A DNA stretch of 64,000 nucleotides from Yoonia sp. GTDB lineage: Bacteria; Pseudomonadota; Alphaproteobacteria; Rhodobacterales; Rhodobacteraceae. Location: positions 7 through 64,006 of the forward strand of contig NZ_JANQTS010000009.1 in NCBI RefSeq assembly GCF_030731595.1, written 5' to 3'. Of this stretch, positions 9,039 through 19,454 are shown one piece after another. Below the pieces are notes generated by a model that was not told the origin of the DNA, did no database searches, and worked only from the letters and a program-made list of their open reading frames with translations. A program made the translations under genes and the position numbers. Position 1 is the stretch's first letter; the number at the start of each line of letters is the position of its first letter.

Positions 9039-11591
9039 ATGAAAGACGCAGCCCCCCAGACTATCTATCTCTCTGACTATACTCCGCCCGCATATCTGGT
9101 GGATGCGGTACATCTGACATTCAAACTGGCCCCGACTAGCACGCGCGTGCTGTCCCGCATCACCTTCCGCCCCAATCCCGCGACGGCAAACCGCGATTTC
9201 TTTTTGCAGGGCGTTGATCTGAAACTGATCTCTGCGGCGATCAACGGCGCGCCTGTCACACCCCAGATCACCGATCAGGGTCTGCACTGCACCGTGCCTG
9301 ACACGGACTTTGTCTTTGAGGCAGAGGTCGAGATCAGCCCAAGTACCAATACTGCTCTTGAAGGGCTCTATATGTCGAACGGCATGTATTGCACCCAATG
9401 CGAGGCAGAAGGATTTCGCAAGATCACCTACTATCCGGACCGGCCTGATGTCATGGCTGTCTTCACGGTGCGGATTGAAAGCGATCTGCCAGTCCTGCTC
9501 TCTAACGGCAACCCGGCGGGCGCTGGCCCAGGCTGGGCCGAATGGCACGATCCTTGGCCGAAACCTGCCTATCTTTTCGCGCTCGTCGCGGGTGATCTGG
9601 TCGGTCATGCGGATCAATTCACCACCAAGTCAGGCAAGCCTGTCGCCTTGAACATCTGGGTCCGCCCCGGCGGCGACGAAGCCAAATGCGCGTTCGGGAT
9701 GGAGGCGCTCAAGACCGCGATGAAATGGGACGAGGATGTCTATGGGCGCGAATACGACCTTGATCTTTTCAACATCGTCGCCGTCGATGATTTCAACATG
9801 GGTGCGATGGAAAACAAGGGGCTGAATATCTTCAACGCCTCTGCCGTGCTGGCCTCGCCCGAAACCGCGACAGACGCTGATTTCGAACGGATCGAGGCGA
9901 TCATCGCGCATGAGTATTTCCATAACTGGACAGGCAACCGGATCACGTGCCGCGACTGGTTCCAGCTTTGCCTCAAAGAGGGCCTCACCGTCTTTCGCGA
10001 CCAGCAATTCACCAGCGATCTGCGCTCTAAAGCAGTCAAACGGATCGACGACGCCCTGGTACTGCGCGCTTATCAGTTCCGCGAGGATAACGGCCCTTTG
10101 GCGCACCCCGTCCGGCCAGCCAGCTTTGTCGAGATCAACAATTTCTACACAGCGACCGTCTATGAAAAAGGGGCGGAAATTATCGGGATGCTCAAGCGGA
10201 TCGTCGGCGATGCCGCCTATGCGCAAGCGCTCGACCTCTATTTCATGCGCCACGACGGGGATGCGGCGACGATCGAGGATTGGTTGCAGGTCTTTGCAGA
10301 CACCACCGGTCGCGACCTGAGCCAGTTCGCCAAATGGTATAGCCAAGCGGGGACGCCGCGCATTACCGTCACTGACGACTTCGAGGGGGGTACATATCGT
10401 CTTCATGTCACACAATACACGCCTGCCACGCCCGGTCAGGCGGTCAAGGACCCCCTGCTTGTTCCCATCGCCGTCGGTTTGCTGAATGACAATGGCGATG
10501 AGATCGTGCCGACCACCGTGTTGGAACTGACCCAAGAGGCGCAGACCTTCACCTTTGACGGGCTTGCATCCAAACCGATCCCTTCCATCTTGCGGGATTT
10601 CTCTGCACCGGTGATTGTTCACCAAGACCAAAGTGCAACGCGGCAAGCCTTTCTTCTTGCCCATGACACCGACCTTTTCAACAAATGGAGCGCGGGGCGC
10701 AGCCTTGCCCAAGATATCCTTGTGCGCATGGTCCGCGACGAGGCGACACCGGATCTGGCCTATCTGGACGGGCTGACGGCAGTGCTGCGCAATGATGATC
10801 TTGACCCCGCCTTTCGCGCACGCGTGCTTGGCCTGCCCAGCGAGGATGACACCGCGCAGGCGCTTGTGGACGCCGGAGAAATCCCTGATCCAAGTGTGAT
10901 CTACCACGCGCATGAGGGTTTAAAGCTGCAGATTGCACAGCATTTGCAAGACCTGCTGCCGCGCCTTTACGCGCAGATGACGGTCGAGGGGCCTTATTCC
11001 CCGGATGCAGAAGCGGCTGGCAAGCGCAGCCTCGGCAATGCAGTGCTGTCGTTGGCCAGCAAGACCGACGGGGGCCGATTGGCAGCACTCCAATACGCCA
11101 AAGCCGACAATATGACCCAGCAGTTGGGGGCGCTGCGGGCGCTTTTGCAAATTGGCAAGGGTGAAGCGGAGATCGCGGGGTTTGCCGAACAGTGGCGGCA
11201 TGACCGTCTGGTGATGGACAAGTGGTTCGGGTTGCAAGTGGCGCTCGCCGCTCCCGAAGCGGCTGCAAAGACAGCCGCCGCACTCGCTGCCCATCCTGCC
11301 TTTGACATCAAGAACCCCAACCGGTTCCGTGCTGTTTTCGGTGCGCTCAAGGGCAACGCTGCCGGCTTTCATGACGCATCGGGCGCGGGCTATGATCTGT
11401 TGGCGGCATGGCTGATAAAACTTGACCCGATCAACCCGCAGACCACGGCACGGATGACCACCGCGTTTGATACGTGGAAACGCTATGGTACCGACCGGCA
11501 AGCCAAAATGCGTGCCGCCCTGTCGCGGATTGCACAAACTCCGGGGCTTTCGCGCGATACAACCGAGATGGTTTTGCGGATTCTGGGCTGA
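9039..11591 (+). CDS. pepN: Aminopeptidase N (M1 family)
   Basis: GAMENKGLN and HEYFH-x18-E zinc motifs, TQCEAEGFR. True start [11 protein letters not shown] at 9039 with AAGGA RBS. Confidence 0.97.
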   Translation: MKDAAPQTIYLSDYTPPAYLVDAVHLTFKLAPTSTRVLSRITFRPNPATANRDFFLQGVDLKLISAAINGAPVTPQITDQGLHCTVPDTDFVFEAEVEISPSTNTALEGLYMSNGMYCTQCEAEGFRKITYYPDRPDVMAVFTVRIESDLPVLLSNGNPAGAGPGWAEWHDPWPKPAYLFALVAGDLVGHADQFTTKSGKPVALNIWVRPGGDEAKCAFGMEALKTAMKWDEDVYGREYDLDLFNIVAVDDFNMGAMENKGLNIFNASAVLASPETATDADFERIEAIIAHEYFHNWTGNRITCRDWFQLCLKEGLTVFRDQQFTSDLRSKAVKRIDDALVLRAYQFREDNGPLAHPVRPASFVEINNFYTATVYEKGAEIIGMLKRIVGDAAYAQALDLYFMRHDGDAATIEDWLQVFADTTGRDLSQFAKWYSQAGTPRITVTDDFEGGTYRLHVTQYTPATPGQAVKDPLLVPIAVGLLNDNGDEIVPTTVLELTQEAQTFTFDGLASKPIPSILRDFSAPVIVHQDQSATRQAFLLAHDTDLFNKWSAGRSLAQDILVRMVRDEATPDLAYLDGLTAVLRNDDLDPAFRARVLGLPSEDDTAQALVDAGEIPDPSVIYHAHEGLKLQIAQHLQDLLPRLYAQMTVEGPYSPDAEAAGKRSLGNAVLSLASKTDGGRLAALQYAKADNMTQQLGALRALLQIGKGEAEIAGFAEQWRHDRLVMDKWFGLQVALAAPEAAAKTAAALAAHPAFDIKNPNRFRAVFGALKGNAAGFHDASGAGYDLLAAWLIKLDPINPQTTARMTTAFDTWKRYGTDRQAKMRAALSRIAQTPGLSRDTTEMVLRILG

Positions 11592-11692
11592 TCCTTGCCA
11601 ATGCACAGGGCAATCCTTGCGAAATCTTGCCGTCTTAAAGCCTTTACGAATTTGTCGTGGAACCGTTACGCCGCGCTGCGCATTATGCCGAC

Positions 11693-12562
11693 ATGGAACA
11701 TCGCATTGACCCGCTGATCGCTGAACGCGCGCCCTGGCTTTACAGTGATCGCCCCGGAACACGCATTGCGAGACATGGTCTGCATCGTTTGCTGGGCTAC
11801 GACAAAACGGTCCAAATTGCAAAAACGCTCGAAGATGCGCAACCTGCACTGATCATGCAGACAATGGCCGAGAGGCTGTCGAAGATGGTAGATGCAAGCG
11901 GGTTGGGCCATATCCCGGCCCATGGCCCTGCCCTGATCGTTGCCAACCACCCGACAGGCATTGCGGACGGCATTATTCTGAACGGATTGATCGCGGCCAC
12001 CCGCCCGGATGCTTATTTCTTTGCCAACCGCGATATTCTGCGTGTTTTCCCGCAGATGGAGACGATGATTGCTCCTGTGGAGTGGCGCAAGGAGTTGCGC
12101 AGCCATGCCAAGACCCGCGAAACGATGGGCTATGTGCGTAAAGCGACGCAAGACGGGCGTCTGGGCGTCATCTTTCCGTCAGGCCGCTTGGCCAAGCGGC
12201 GCGGTTTGCGACTATACGAGCGGCCGTGGATGGCCTCTGCGGCCATGCTGGCGCGCAAATTCGACCTGCCAGTCATTCCGGTGAACATTCAGGCGCGCAA
12301 CTCTGCGCTGTTTTATCTGTTCGATTTCATCCATCCCACACTGCGCGACATCACCTTGTTTCATGAAACGCTGAACAAGGCGCGCCAGCCCTTTAAGGTC
12401 ACTGTCGGAGAGCCCATCTCGGCAGCCTCGATCCCGCAAAATTCCGAAGACGGGATAGCGATGTTGCGCAAGGCCACGCTTGCGCTTGGCGGCAAAGACG
12501 CACCGACGGTCAATCTGGTATCGACCTCGCGCGCTTGGGTCCGCACCATGCAGCACCAATAA
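11693..12562 (+). CDS. Lysophospholipid/1-acyl-glycerol-phosphate acyltransferase family protein
   Basis: NHPTGIAD (HX4D) and IFPSGR motifs; start set at ATG 11693. Confidence 0.85.
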   Translation: MEHRIDPLIAERAPWLYSDRPGTRIARHGLHRLLGYDKTVQIAKTLEDAQPALIMQTMAERLSKMVDASGLGHIPAHGPALIVANHPTGIADGIILNGLIAATRPDAYFFANRDILRVFPQMETMIAPVEWRKELRSHAKTRETMGYVRKATQDGRLGVIFPSGRLAKRRGLRLYERPWMASAAMLARKFDLPVIPVNIQARNSALFYLFDFIHPTLRDITLFHETLNKARQPFKVTVGEPISAASIPQNSEDGIAMLRKATLALGGKDAPTVNLVSTSRAWVRTMQHQ

Positions 12563-12637
12563 GGCCACTCTTGCCGACTTGAAGCTGGCAGCGCCTTCTT
12601 TTAAACGAGGCGGGACACAGCTCAAAGGAAGTGCCAG

Positions 12638-14149
12638 ATGCTCGACCTCACCTACGACACCCCGACCCCGAAAGTCATCGCTGGTGCCACCGGCGACTGG
12701 GAACTTGTCATTGGTCTTGAAGTGCATGCGCAGGTCGCAACGAATGCGAAACTCTTTTCGGGCGCATCGACGCTTTTTGGTGCAGAGCCGAACAGCAATG
12801 TGGCTTTCGTCGACGCCGGCATGCCTGGCATGCTGCCCGTCATCAACGAAGGGTGCGTTGCGCAGGCCGTCAAAACAGGTCTTGGGCTGAATGCGCAGAT
12901 CAACCTTGTCTCTGCCTTTGACCGCAAGAACTATTTCTATCCAGACCTGCCGCAGGGCTATCAGATTTCGCAGCTTTACCACCCGATCGTGGGCGAAGGC
13001 GAAGTGCTGGTGGAGATGGGCAACGGGCAGGCGCGGAATGTGCGGATCGAACGCATCCACCTTGAGCAGGACGCAGGCAAATCCATCCATGACATGGACC
13101 CGCATATGTCCTTTGTGGACCTGAACCGCACCGGCGTGGCGCTGATGGAAATCGTCAGTCGCCCCGATATTCGCGGGCCGGAAGAGGCTGCCGCTTACGT
13201 TTTGAAACTGCGTCAGATCCTGCGCTACCTGGGTACCTGCGACGGCAATATGCAAAACGGCAACCTGCGTGCAGACGTGAACGTGTCGGTCTGCAAGCCC
13301 GGGGATTACGAAAAATATCAGGCGACACAGGATTTCAGCCACCTTGGTACGCGCTGCGAGATCAAGAACATGAACTCGATGCGGTTCATCCAGATGGCGA
13401 TTGATTATGAGGCGCGGCGCCAGATTGCCTTGATCGAGGATGGCAAAGAGGTGGTGCAGGAAACCCGTCTTTATGATCCGGACAAGAACGAGACACGCTC
13501 GATGCGGTCCAAGGAGGAAGCGCATGACTATCGCTATTTCCCGGACCCGGACCTATTGCCGCTCGAGATCGAGCAGGCTTGGGTTGATGACATCAAAGCG
13601 TCATTGCCAGAGCTGCCAGACCAGAAGAAGGCGCGCTTTATCAGTGACTTTGGCCTGTCAGACTATGACGCCTCGGTGCTGACAGCCGAAGTTGCCAACG
13701 CGGAATACTTCGAAAAAGTCGCCGAAGGACGCGACGGGAAACTGGCGGCAAACTGGGTCATCAACGAACTTTTCGGGCGGCTCAAAAAAGAAGACCACAG
13801 CATCGAGGACAGTCCCGTCGCCGCTGCGCAATTGGGCGAGCTGATTGGCTTGATCAAGTCCGGCGACATCTCGGGCAAGATCGCCAAAGACGTCTTTGAA
13901 ATCTGCTACACGACGGGCCGCGACCCGGCCGAAATCGTTGCGACCGAAGGCATGACGCAGGTGACCGATACCGGTGCGATCGAAGCGGCGGTGGATGAAA
14001 TCATCGCCGCAAATCCTGCGCAGGTGGAAAAGGCGCAAGCCAACCCCAAACTGGTCGGCTGGTTTGTCGGTCAGGTCATGAAGGCCACCGGCGGCAAGGC
14101 GAACCCAGCAGCCGTGAACGAGATTGTGTCACAGAAACTGGGGCTTTAA
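12638..14149 (+). CDS. gatB: Asp-tRNA(Asn)/Glu-tRNA(Gln) amidotransferase subunit B
   Basis: [31 protein letters not shown] and YRYFPDPDL motifs. Confidence 0.98.
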   Translation: MLDLTYDTPTPKVIAGATGDWELVIGLEVHAQVATNAKLFSGASTLFGAEPNSNVAFVDAGMPGMLPVINEGCVAQAVKTGLGLNAQINLVSAFDRKNYFYPDLPQGYQISQLYHPIVGEGEVLVEMGNGQARNVRIERIHLEQDAGKSIHDMDPHMSFVDLNRTGVALMEIVSRPDIRGPEEAAAYVLKLRQILRYLGTCDGNMQNGNLRADVNVSVCKPGDYEKYQATQDFSHLGTRCEIKNMNSMRFIQMAIDYEARRQIALIEDGKEVVQETRLYDPDKNETRSMRSKEEAHDYRYFPDPDLLPLEIEQAWVDDIKASLPELPDQKKARFISDFGLSDYDASVLTAEVANAEYFEKVAEGRDGKLAANWVINELFGRLKKEDHSIEDSPVAAAQLGELIGLIKSGDISGKIAKDVFEICYTTGRDPAEIVATEGMTQVTDTGAIEAAVDEIIAANPAQVEKAQANPKLVGWFVGQVMKATGGKANPAAVNEIVSQKLGL

Positions 14150-14236
14150 CGCCACGCTTTTGCCAAAGCGCTGCAAAGGGTTGGCGCTGGTTATCAATTT
14201 TTGATACATCCGTCGGGTGGATACGGGGGTGGCGCG

Positions 14237-14650
14237 ATGTCATACGAGTACAAAGTTGTTCCAGCGCCGGTGCGCGGGGTGAAAGCCAAAGGCGTGAAGA
14301 CAGCGCAAGATCGCTTTGCCCATGCCTTGCAAACCGTGATGAATGATCTGGCCGCTGAAGGCTGGGAATATCTGCGCGCCGATACGCTCCCCGCCGAGCA
14401 GCGCGAAGGCTTGATGAGCAAAACGACAGTCTACCAGAATATGCTGGTTTTTCGTCGTGCCAAAGTGCCAGCACAGTCTGTCAAAACGCTGTCCGAACCA
14501 TCGCTTGGGGCACCACGCCTGAAGACCGGTGAAGAGCGACTGGCGGAAAAGGCAGCACTTGCCCAACCCAAACCCGTCACGCCGCCAAAGCCCCCAAAGA
14601 GCGAAACGGCCAGCAAGTCCGATCCCTCGTCCGACGTGGCGGCACAATAG
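14237..14650 (+). CDS. DUF4177 family protein
   Basis: YEYKVV...MNDLAAEGWEYL...LVFRR signature with a Pro/Lys-rich tail. Confidence 0.75.
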   Translation: MSYEYKVVPAPVRGVKAKGVKTAQDRFAHALQTVMNDLAAEGWEYLRADTLPAEQREGLMSKTTVYQNMLVFRRAKVPAQSVKTLSEPSLGAPRLKTGEERLAEKAALAQPKPVTPPKPPKSETASKSDPSSDVAAQ

Positions 14651-14902
14651 CTATTTGATTTCAATTGCGAGGGCGTGGATGCGCCCCATAACCGCTGATC
14701 CCAATGCGGCGTGGATCGCACGGTGCCGCGCGATGCGCGACATATCGTCCAGCGCCTGCGCCTTGATCACAATCCGCCAATGGCTTTCGCCGGACCCATC
14801 GTCGCCCGCATGCCCACTATGCAAGGCGCTTTCGTTGATAACGTCCAGATGATCTGGCGAAAGGCTGCCAAGAGCGTCGCGAATTTCGGTTTCAAGTGTC
14901 AT
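14651..14902 (-). CDS. bolA: BolA family protein
   Basis: VINESALHSGH, ESHW, RIARHRAIHAAL and IHALAI motifs. Confidence 0.9.
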   Translation of the reverse strand: MTLETEIRDALGSLSPDHLDVINESALHSGHAGDDGSGESHWRIVIKAQALDDMSRIARHRAIHAALGSAVMGRIHALAIEIK

Positions 14903-14982
14903 TATTTTGTCCCTGCCCTCTTCAATCTCTCGCTGCATTGTTTAAGGTTTGTCGTCCGAGTCGGAAAGGCGAGACACGCACC

Positions 14983-15618
14983 ATGAAAAAAGATGATCCA
15001 TTCGGCTTTGACATGTCTGTGTCGGGCTCCAAGAAAAAAAACCCGCGCGGTCGTCGCGGGATGTCAGGCGCGTCTGAAACATCGACCCGTGTCTGCGACC
15101 ACGAAGGATGCGAAGAATCCGGCAAGTACCGCGCGCCAAAGTCTCCGGATGTTCTGGACGATTATTTCTGGTTCTGCCAGCAGCATGTGCGCGAATACAA
15201 CCTGAAATGGAATTTCTTTGACACAACCTCCGAGGCCGAACTGGCCGCGCAGATGGACCGCGACCGCGTCTGGGAGCGGCCGACAAAACCCTTCAAGCGG
15301 ACTGTTGAAGAGGCCGCCTGGGCACGTCTTGGTGTCGACGATCCACATCAGGTGCTGGGTGAGAACGCGACCCTGAACCCCGGGCGCGGAGCGGCAGTTG
15401 GCCGTAAACTGCCCCCGACAGAGCGGCGTGCGGTAGAGATACTTGAAGCCAAGGACAATTGGTCAAAGCAAGAGATCCGCAAAGCCTATAAGTCGCTGAT
15501 CAAAGTCCTGCACCCCGACATGAACGGCGGGGATCGCAGCCAGGAAGAACAACTGTCAGAGGTTGTCTGGGCTTGGGACCAGATCAAGGAAAGCAGAAAC
15601 TTTCGAGACAAAGACTAG
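14983..15618 (+). CDS. J-domain protein with C-terminal J domain and N-terminal Cys/His motif
   Basis: C-terminal LHPDMNGG; N-terminal CDHEGC...WFCQQH. Confidence 0.88.
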   Translation: MKKDDPFGFDMSVSGSKKKNPRGRRGMSGASETSTRVCDHEGCEESGKYRAPKSPDVLDDYFWFCQQHVREYNLKWNFFDTTSEAELAAQMDRDRVWERPTKPFKRTVEEAAWARLGVDDPHQVLGENATLNPGRGAAVGRKLPPTERRAVEILEAKDNWSKQEIRKAYKSLIKVLHPDMNGGDRSQEEQLSEVVWAWDQIKESRNFRDKD

Positions 15619-15647
15619 CGGCCCAACGCACATTGGGCCGCTGCGCA

Positions 15648-16187
15648 TTAGTCTCTTCTATAGAGCTGCGCCCGTGTCAGAGAGCTCAACTGCGATGATG
15701 CACTGCGCTGCGCATAGCGCCCTGCGCCATCAGCAATCTCTTCTGTCAGGATAACCATCAGGTAGTGCGCGCCAAACAAGGCAGCGAACCAAGCAAAGGC
15801 AATCCATGGCTTTCCGATGAACTCGGACAGCAGCAGGAACGGACCATAGAACGTCCCGTAAACCGGCAGAATCAGTGTTCCCGCGATGATCGCACCAAGC
15901 AGCGCGACTGCGATTGCACCCACAGTTGCACGCGCAAAACCCAAAAGCCCCGTTTGCCCCATCCAGCCACGCGCTGCGAACAAGCCGATGCCACCACTCA
16001 GTGCTCCGGCAAAAATCACCCACAGGACATAAAGCGATGGCTCTTGTGGCAAGGCGCTTGGCCCTTCGACACCGGACATGACCAGCATCGTCAAGCCCGC
16101 AGAGATCGCGATAACGATGGCATACGCCGAAACGAATGCCTTCTCACCTCTTGTCAGATACATGAATTCCGTAAAACGCGTAAACAT
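15648..16187 (-). CDS. Hypothetical membrane protein (4-5 TM)
   Basis: 179 aa with long hydrophobic Gly/Ala-rich segments; fills the gap with a plausible RBS; family not recognised. Confidence 0.7.
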   Translation of the reverse strand: MFTRFTEFMYLTRGEKAFVSAYAIVIAISAGLTMLVMSGVEGPSALPQEPSLYVLWVIFAGALSGGIGLFAARGWMGQTGLLGFARATVGAIAVALLGAIIAGTLILPVYGTFYGPFLLLSEFIGKPWIAFAWFAALFGAHYLMVILTEEIADGAGRYAQRSASSQLSSLTRAQLYRRD

Positions 16188-16638
16188 CGCGTCTATCCCC
16201 CATACTCGTCATAAACCAACAACACGCACTTAGAACAAATTTGTCTGTGCGTTACGTCACAGCAGAAAGTTTCAATAAGCGAAAAATTGCCACAATGTCG
16301 GCTAAAACTCAAGTGCAAAGGGGTATTTCAAACTTAATTGTGAACAAGCAAGGCAAATACCTGATACTTTTTCGAAATCGGAAACATGCAGCGGCACGGC
16401 ACCTTTTGCTGCGATGGGCAAGTTGTCCGGGTATTCCGGCGTTGACAGAGAATCATTTCGCGATCCGCGCCACAAAGCGACATGCCAGACGCTTCACCTG
16501 CCCAAGCTCAAAGTGTCCCGATAGCCTTGTGCAAGGCCCTGACCCGACATCTGGACGCGCCAGACACACGCGACCGATCAATTCAACCGGCCCTTTCCCT
16601 TGCAGCAGTTCGGTTTATGATGCATTCCCAAGCGCAGA

Positions 16639-17655
16639 TTGACGCAAGATAGCATAAAGGCACCTAAGATGGCGGACGGTACGATCGACATGCAAGCTAA
16701 ACCAACCGAAGAAATCTCGGTTCGCGAGGTCTTTGGCATCGACAGCGAGATGAAGATCAAAGGGTTTGCCGAGCGGACAGATCGCGTGCCCGAGATCGAC
16801 AGCACTTACAAATTCGATCCCGATACGACTTTGGCCATCCTCGCCGGCTTTGGCTACAATCGTCGTGTGATGATCCAAGGCTATCACGGCACAGGCAAGT
16901 CGACCCATATCGAACAAGTCGCCGCCCGCCTGAACTGGCCTGCTGTGCGCGTAAACCTTGATAGCCACATCAGCCGGATCGACCTGATCGGCAAAGACGC
17001 GATCAAACTGCGCGACGGCGTGCAGGTAACAGAGTTCCACGAAGGCATCCTCCCTTGGGCGTTGCGTAACCCTGTGGCCATCGTCTTTGACGAATACGAT
17101 GCAGGCCGCGCCGACGTGATGTTCGTGATCCAGCGGGTGCTGGAAGCGGATGGTAAGCTGACGCTGATGGATCAGAACGAGATCATCACCCCGAACCCCT
17201 ATTTCCGTCTCTTCGCCACTGCGAATACCGTTGGTCTGGGCGACACCACCGGCCTTTACCACGGCACGCAGCAGATCAACCAGGCGCAGATGGACCGCTG
17301 GTCGCTTGTCGCCACGCTCAACTACCTGAGCCACGATGCAGAAGCAGCCATCGTGTTGTCGAAATCGCCGCATTACAACACCGACAAAGGCCGCAGGATT
17401 ATCAGCCAGATGGTGACCGTTGCGGATTTGACCCGCACGGCCTTCATGAACGGCGATCTGAGCACGGTGATGTCCCCGCGCACCGTTCTGGCTTGGGCGG
17501 AAAATGCACGAATCTTCCAAGACGTGGGCTATGCCTTCCGCCTGTCGTTCCTGAACAAATGTGACGAATTGGAGCGCCAGACGGTCGCCGAGTTCTATCA
17601 GCGGTGTTTCGACGAAGAACTGCCAGAAAGTGCGGCAAGCCTGAGCTTGGGATAA
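16639..17655 (+). CDS. cobS: Cobaltochelatase subunit CobS (MoxR-type AAA+ ATPase)
   Basis: Walker [26 protein letters not shown]. Exact start uncertain (TTG 16639 or a downstream ATG). Confidence 0.95.
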   Translation: MTQDSIKAPKMADGTIDMQAKPTEEISVREVFGIDSEMKIKGFAERTDRVPEIDSTYKFDPDTTLAILAGFGYNRRVMIQGYHGTGKSTHIEQVAARLNWPAVRVNLDSHISRIDLIGKDAIKLRDGVQVTEFHEGILPWALRNPVAIVFDEYDAGRADVMFVIQRVLEADGKLTLMDQNEIITPNPYFRLFATANTVGLGDTTGLYHGTQQINQAQMDRWSLVATLNYLSHDAEAAIVLSKSPHYNTDKGRRIISQMVTVADLTRTAFMNGDLSTVMSPRTVLAWAENARIFQDVGYAFRLSFLNKCDELERQTVAEFYQRCFDEELPESAASLSLG

Positions 17656-17680
17656 TGCGAGCAAGACAGTCTTGACTGAC

Positions 17681-17708
17681 AAAGGGCGGGGTTTTCCCCG
17701 CCTTTTTT
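17681..17708 (+). terminator. Intrinsic terminator after cobS
   Basis: GGCGGGG-TTTT-CCCCGCC followed by TTTTTT. Confidence 0.85.
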
Positions 17709-17809
17709 GTGCCGGTACGTGCTGTTGCAAATTCATCAAGAACAAAATGTTTCCAAATTGCCTAATTGGCATACAGAAAATTTAACATCATGCTGCTTTT
17801 ATGGGCAGT

Positions 17810-18184
17810 ATGAAAACTCTTATTGCAGCAATCGCACTGGCATCGGCTCTCGGTGGTTCCGCGCAGGCCCTTGAAAACAACGCGCTACAGACATTTGCAA
17901 CCTGCGTAGGGCGGCTATCGGCAGTCATGGAACATCAGTGGATGTTCGACGGGCCCGCATCAGAGAAAACCAACACAAGCAGGGCGCACCTTCTTGATCT
18001 TGTCGCTGCGGTGATGGAGCCCGAGCAAAGCTCCGAGGTATTGCAATGGCGCATTTCCGGCAAACATGCGCAAGCGATCTTGCTTTCGCGTGCGACCTTT
18101 AGCGATGATGCAGACGATGCGGCATGGGCCAGAGCGCAAGCCCTACAGTTTGAACAGGGCTGTACGGGGCTTTTGTTGAGTTGA
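17810..18184 (+). CDS. Exported hypothetical protein
   Basis: Signal peptide MKTLIAAIALASALGGSAQA; two Cys near the termini. Confidence 0.75.
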   Translation: MKTLIAAIALASALGGSAQALENNALQTFATCVGRLSAVMEHQWMFDGPASEKTNTSRAHLLDLVAAVMEPEQSSEVLQWRISGKHAQAILLSRATFSDDADDAAWARAQALQFEQGCTGLLLS

Positions 18185-18299
18185 TAAGCCGTTTGTGCAG
18201 CCAACTGCGCGTTTAATCATAAATAAACGCAGGCTTGTCATAATGCGGTCTGTTTTCTACGCATGATGCGGGGACAACTCAAACAGACCGGAGCCTATC

Positions 18300-18665
18300 A
18301 TGAAGATGAAAATCGGGGCGGAACTGCCAGCAGATTATGTGACCAGCCATGAAGACCTGGCTGAATCCGCAACCGCATTGATGGCACAAGTGCTGCTGCC
18401 CTTGTTTGCCGAGAATATGTCTGAAGAGATTGCAAAGGCCAATGTCGAAGGGATCATCACCGAACTGGCCTATCTCTTCGATGAAGGCGAAATCGAGATT
18501 GGTGGAAAGACCTACCGCCCCCGCCTTGCCTTTGTCGATGATAGTGGCGCTATTTTGCCCGGTGTTGCGGAATTGGGGAACCTGCACGAACTTGCCGAAG
18601 ACCCGTTCGAAATCGCACCAGAGGCAGGGATCACATTTGAATTCGACCCGGTCGACGAAGACTGA
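18300..18665 (+). CDS. Hypothetical acidic protein
   Basis: 121 aa, 27 D/E versus 6 K/R; GGAG RBS. Confidence 0.75.
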   Translation: MKMKIGAELPADYVTSHEDLAESATALMAQVLLPLFAENMSEEIAKANVEGIITELAYLFDEGEIEIGGKTYRPRLAFVDDSGAILPGVAELGNLHELAEDPFEIAPEAGITFEFDPVDED

Positions 18666-18716
18666 CCGAAATTGTGGCGCAGGGCGTCGAAACACACCAC
18701 CCTGCGCCTTTCTGTG

Positions 18717-19301
18717 TTAGCTACGCGCCGCTTTGGTCGCATTCGCCCACCAGACGATATCATCCAGTGTCGCAGTGACAGAGGCTGAAAGGTGGTCTGC
18801 GATGGTGTCAATCTCTGCATTCGCGCCCATCGGATGCACGGCAAAGAAATCGCTGCCACCGATATGGATTGCATTGCGTGTTGGGACCATCTGCAATTCG
18901 ACCGCAATATTGCGCAGATGTTCCAGCGCACGGGTGCCGCCAACGGACCCATAGGCGATGGCCGACATCGGTTTGCGATTCCACTCTTTATAGGCCTGAT
19001 CCAGCGCATTCTTGAGCGCACCTGTGATCGAACGGTTGTATTCGGCGACAACGAAAATATAGCCGTCGAATTCACCGATCTTGTCTTGCCATTTCACAGC
19101 GCGCGCATCGCTGGACGGCATCCAGAGGTTGCTGGCGGGTTCATCAAAAAGCGGCAGGTCATAGTCACGCAGGTCGACAAGCTCGACCTCCATGTCGTCG
19201 CGTGCCTGCGCTTGCTTGAGCATCCATGCAGCAGGTTTGTCGGCAAAGCGCGTTTGCCGAGTTGAACCGATAATCAGGGCAATTCTTGGTTTGGTTGTCA
19301 T
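18717..19301 (-). CDS. NADPH-dependent FMN reductase family
   Basis: IIGSTRQTR, AEYNRSITGALKNALD and YGSVGG motifs. Confidence 0.9.
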   Translation of the reverse strand: MTTKPRIALIIGSTRQTRFADKPAAWMLKQAQARDDMEVELVDLRDYDLPLFDEPASNLWMPSSDARAVKWQDKIGEFDGYIFVVAEYNRSITGALKNALDQAYKEWNRKPMSAIAYGSVGGTRALEHLRNIAVELQMVPTRNAIHIGGSDFFAVHPMGANAEIDTIADHLSASVTATLDDIVWWANATKAARS

Positions 19302-19454
19302 GGTAATCTCCAGCCTCGGGTTAATTCATGTGACCTAGAGGTAGGCATCTTCGGCACCGCTGAAAACGAGCACCCGGGCGCAGCCCCTGTGCAAAAATAG
19401 CAGAGTTGCACCAGCCCCCTTGCTCCGGCTGTCGTCCAGTGCTTTATCAGGTTT

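Noticed and set aside
16188-16660. Cobalamin riboswitch upstream of cobS
   Set aside because: No B12-element core (GGGAA...GCCCCCGC.ACTGT) found on either strand; the 16241-16642 ORF also looks spurious.
18213-18228. CtrA-like TTAA-N7-TAAAC upstream of the acidic protein gene
   Set aside because: One mismatch in an AT-rich spacer and no supporting second site; compatible with chance.
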